Part shown: piece after piece, positions 63,890 through 64,000 of the stretch
Layout of the letters: each line of letters begins with the position of its first letter
Numbering within the stretch: position 1 is the first letter of the stretch
Origin: Synechococcus sp.
Lineage (GTDB): Bacteria > Cyanobacteriota > Cyanobacteriia > PCC-6307 > Cyanobiaceae
Assembly (NCBI GenBank): GCA_047284725.1
Contig: JBJBEO010000001.1
Location: 160,001-224,000, forward strand
DNA length: 64,000 nucleotides
Reading direction: 5' to 3'
The notes under the pieces: generated by a model
Databases searched by the model: none
Told to the model about the DNA's origin: nothing
What the model saw: the letters and a program-made list of their open reading frames with translations, nothing else
Made by a program: the position numbers and the translations under genes

Positions 63890-64000
63890 TCAGGCGCTGG
63901 CCCGCTTGCTCTGTTCTGTTTTCTGATCCCGTTCTTCGCGGGCCTGGGCCAGCGCGTCCTGGAGATCTTCCAGCTGGGATCCGGTGGGGAGCTCCAGGCA
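63890..64000 (-). CDS. rpaA: C-terminus of a response regulator, probably RpaA (partial)
   Basis: Manual translation gives CLELPTGSQLEDLQDALAQAREERDQKTEQSKRASA*. CLELP matches the end of the RpaA DNA-binding domain (GAGYCLELP), and the position convergent to holB is typical. Confidence 0.7.
   Translation of the reverse strand, partial: CLELPTGSQLEDLQDALAQAREERDQKTEQSKRASA

Overview
This is a high-GC core-genome segment of a picocyanobacterium. Gene content and order resemble marine or coastal Synechococcus of subcluster 5.1; that assignment is inferred from sequence alone. Recognisable content, in order: ybeY (partial), prfB with its +1 programmed frameshift, grxC-gshB, phylloquinone genes (menF, menA, menC, menE, DHNA-CoA thioesterase), ndhH, rsmH, iscS, ycf29/rre1, chlM, nagA, purE, cysC, trpB, hrcA, sixA-gltA-ndhAIGE-nadK, pedR, metF, cugP, scpA, ndhD1/ndhF1, Z-ISO, rbcR, ndhM, crtP-crtB, an RRM protein, a probable CC-adding tRNA nucleotidyltransferase, ycf34-tsaB, plsC-fabD-fabH-plsX, rpaB, radA, ycf3, a Cu P1B-ATPase, tmk-holB, and the 3' end of rpaA. 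I saw no rRNA, tRNA, CRISPR array, transposase or integrase. Two small accessory patches stand out. The first (~7.9-12.1 kb) holds a TM2 protein, a lower-GC Tat-signal amidase, an uncharacterised Cys-bearing polytopic membrane protein and a DUF2752 protein. The second (~17.8-20.3 kb) holds a GIDE-domain protein divergent from a DUF2157-GDYXXLXY pair. Other oddities are a (TCGGC)6 microsatellite between holB and rpaA, a ~100-aa N-terminal extension on PlsX, a His-rich loop in the P1B-ATPase, and tail-less hairpins after ndhF and ndhD. All calls rest on motif recognition by eye; no searches were run, GC remarks are visual, and several start codons are best guesses.
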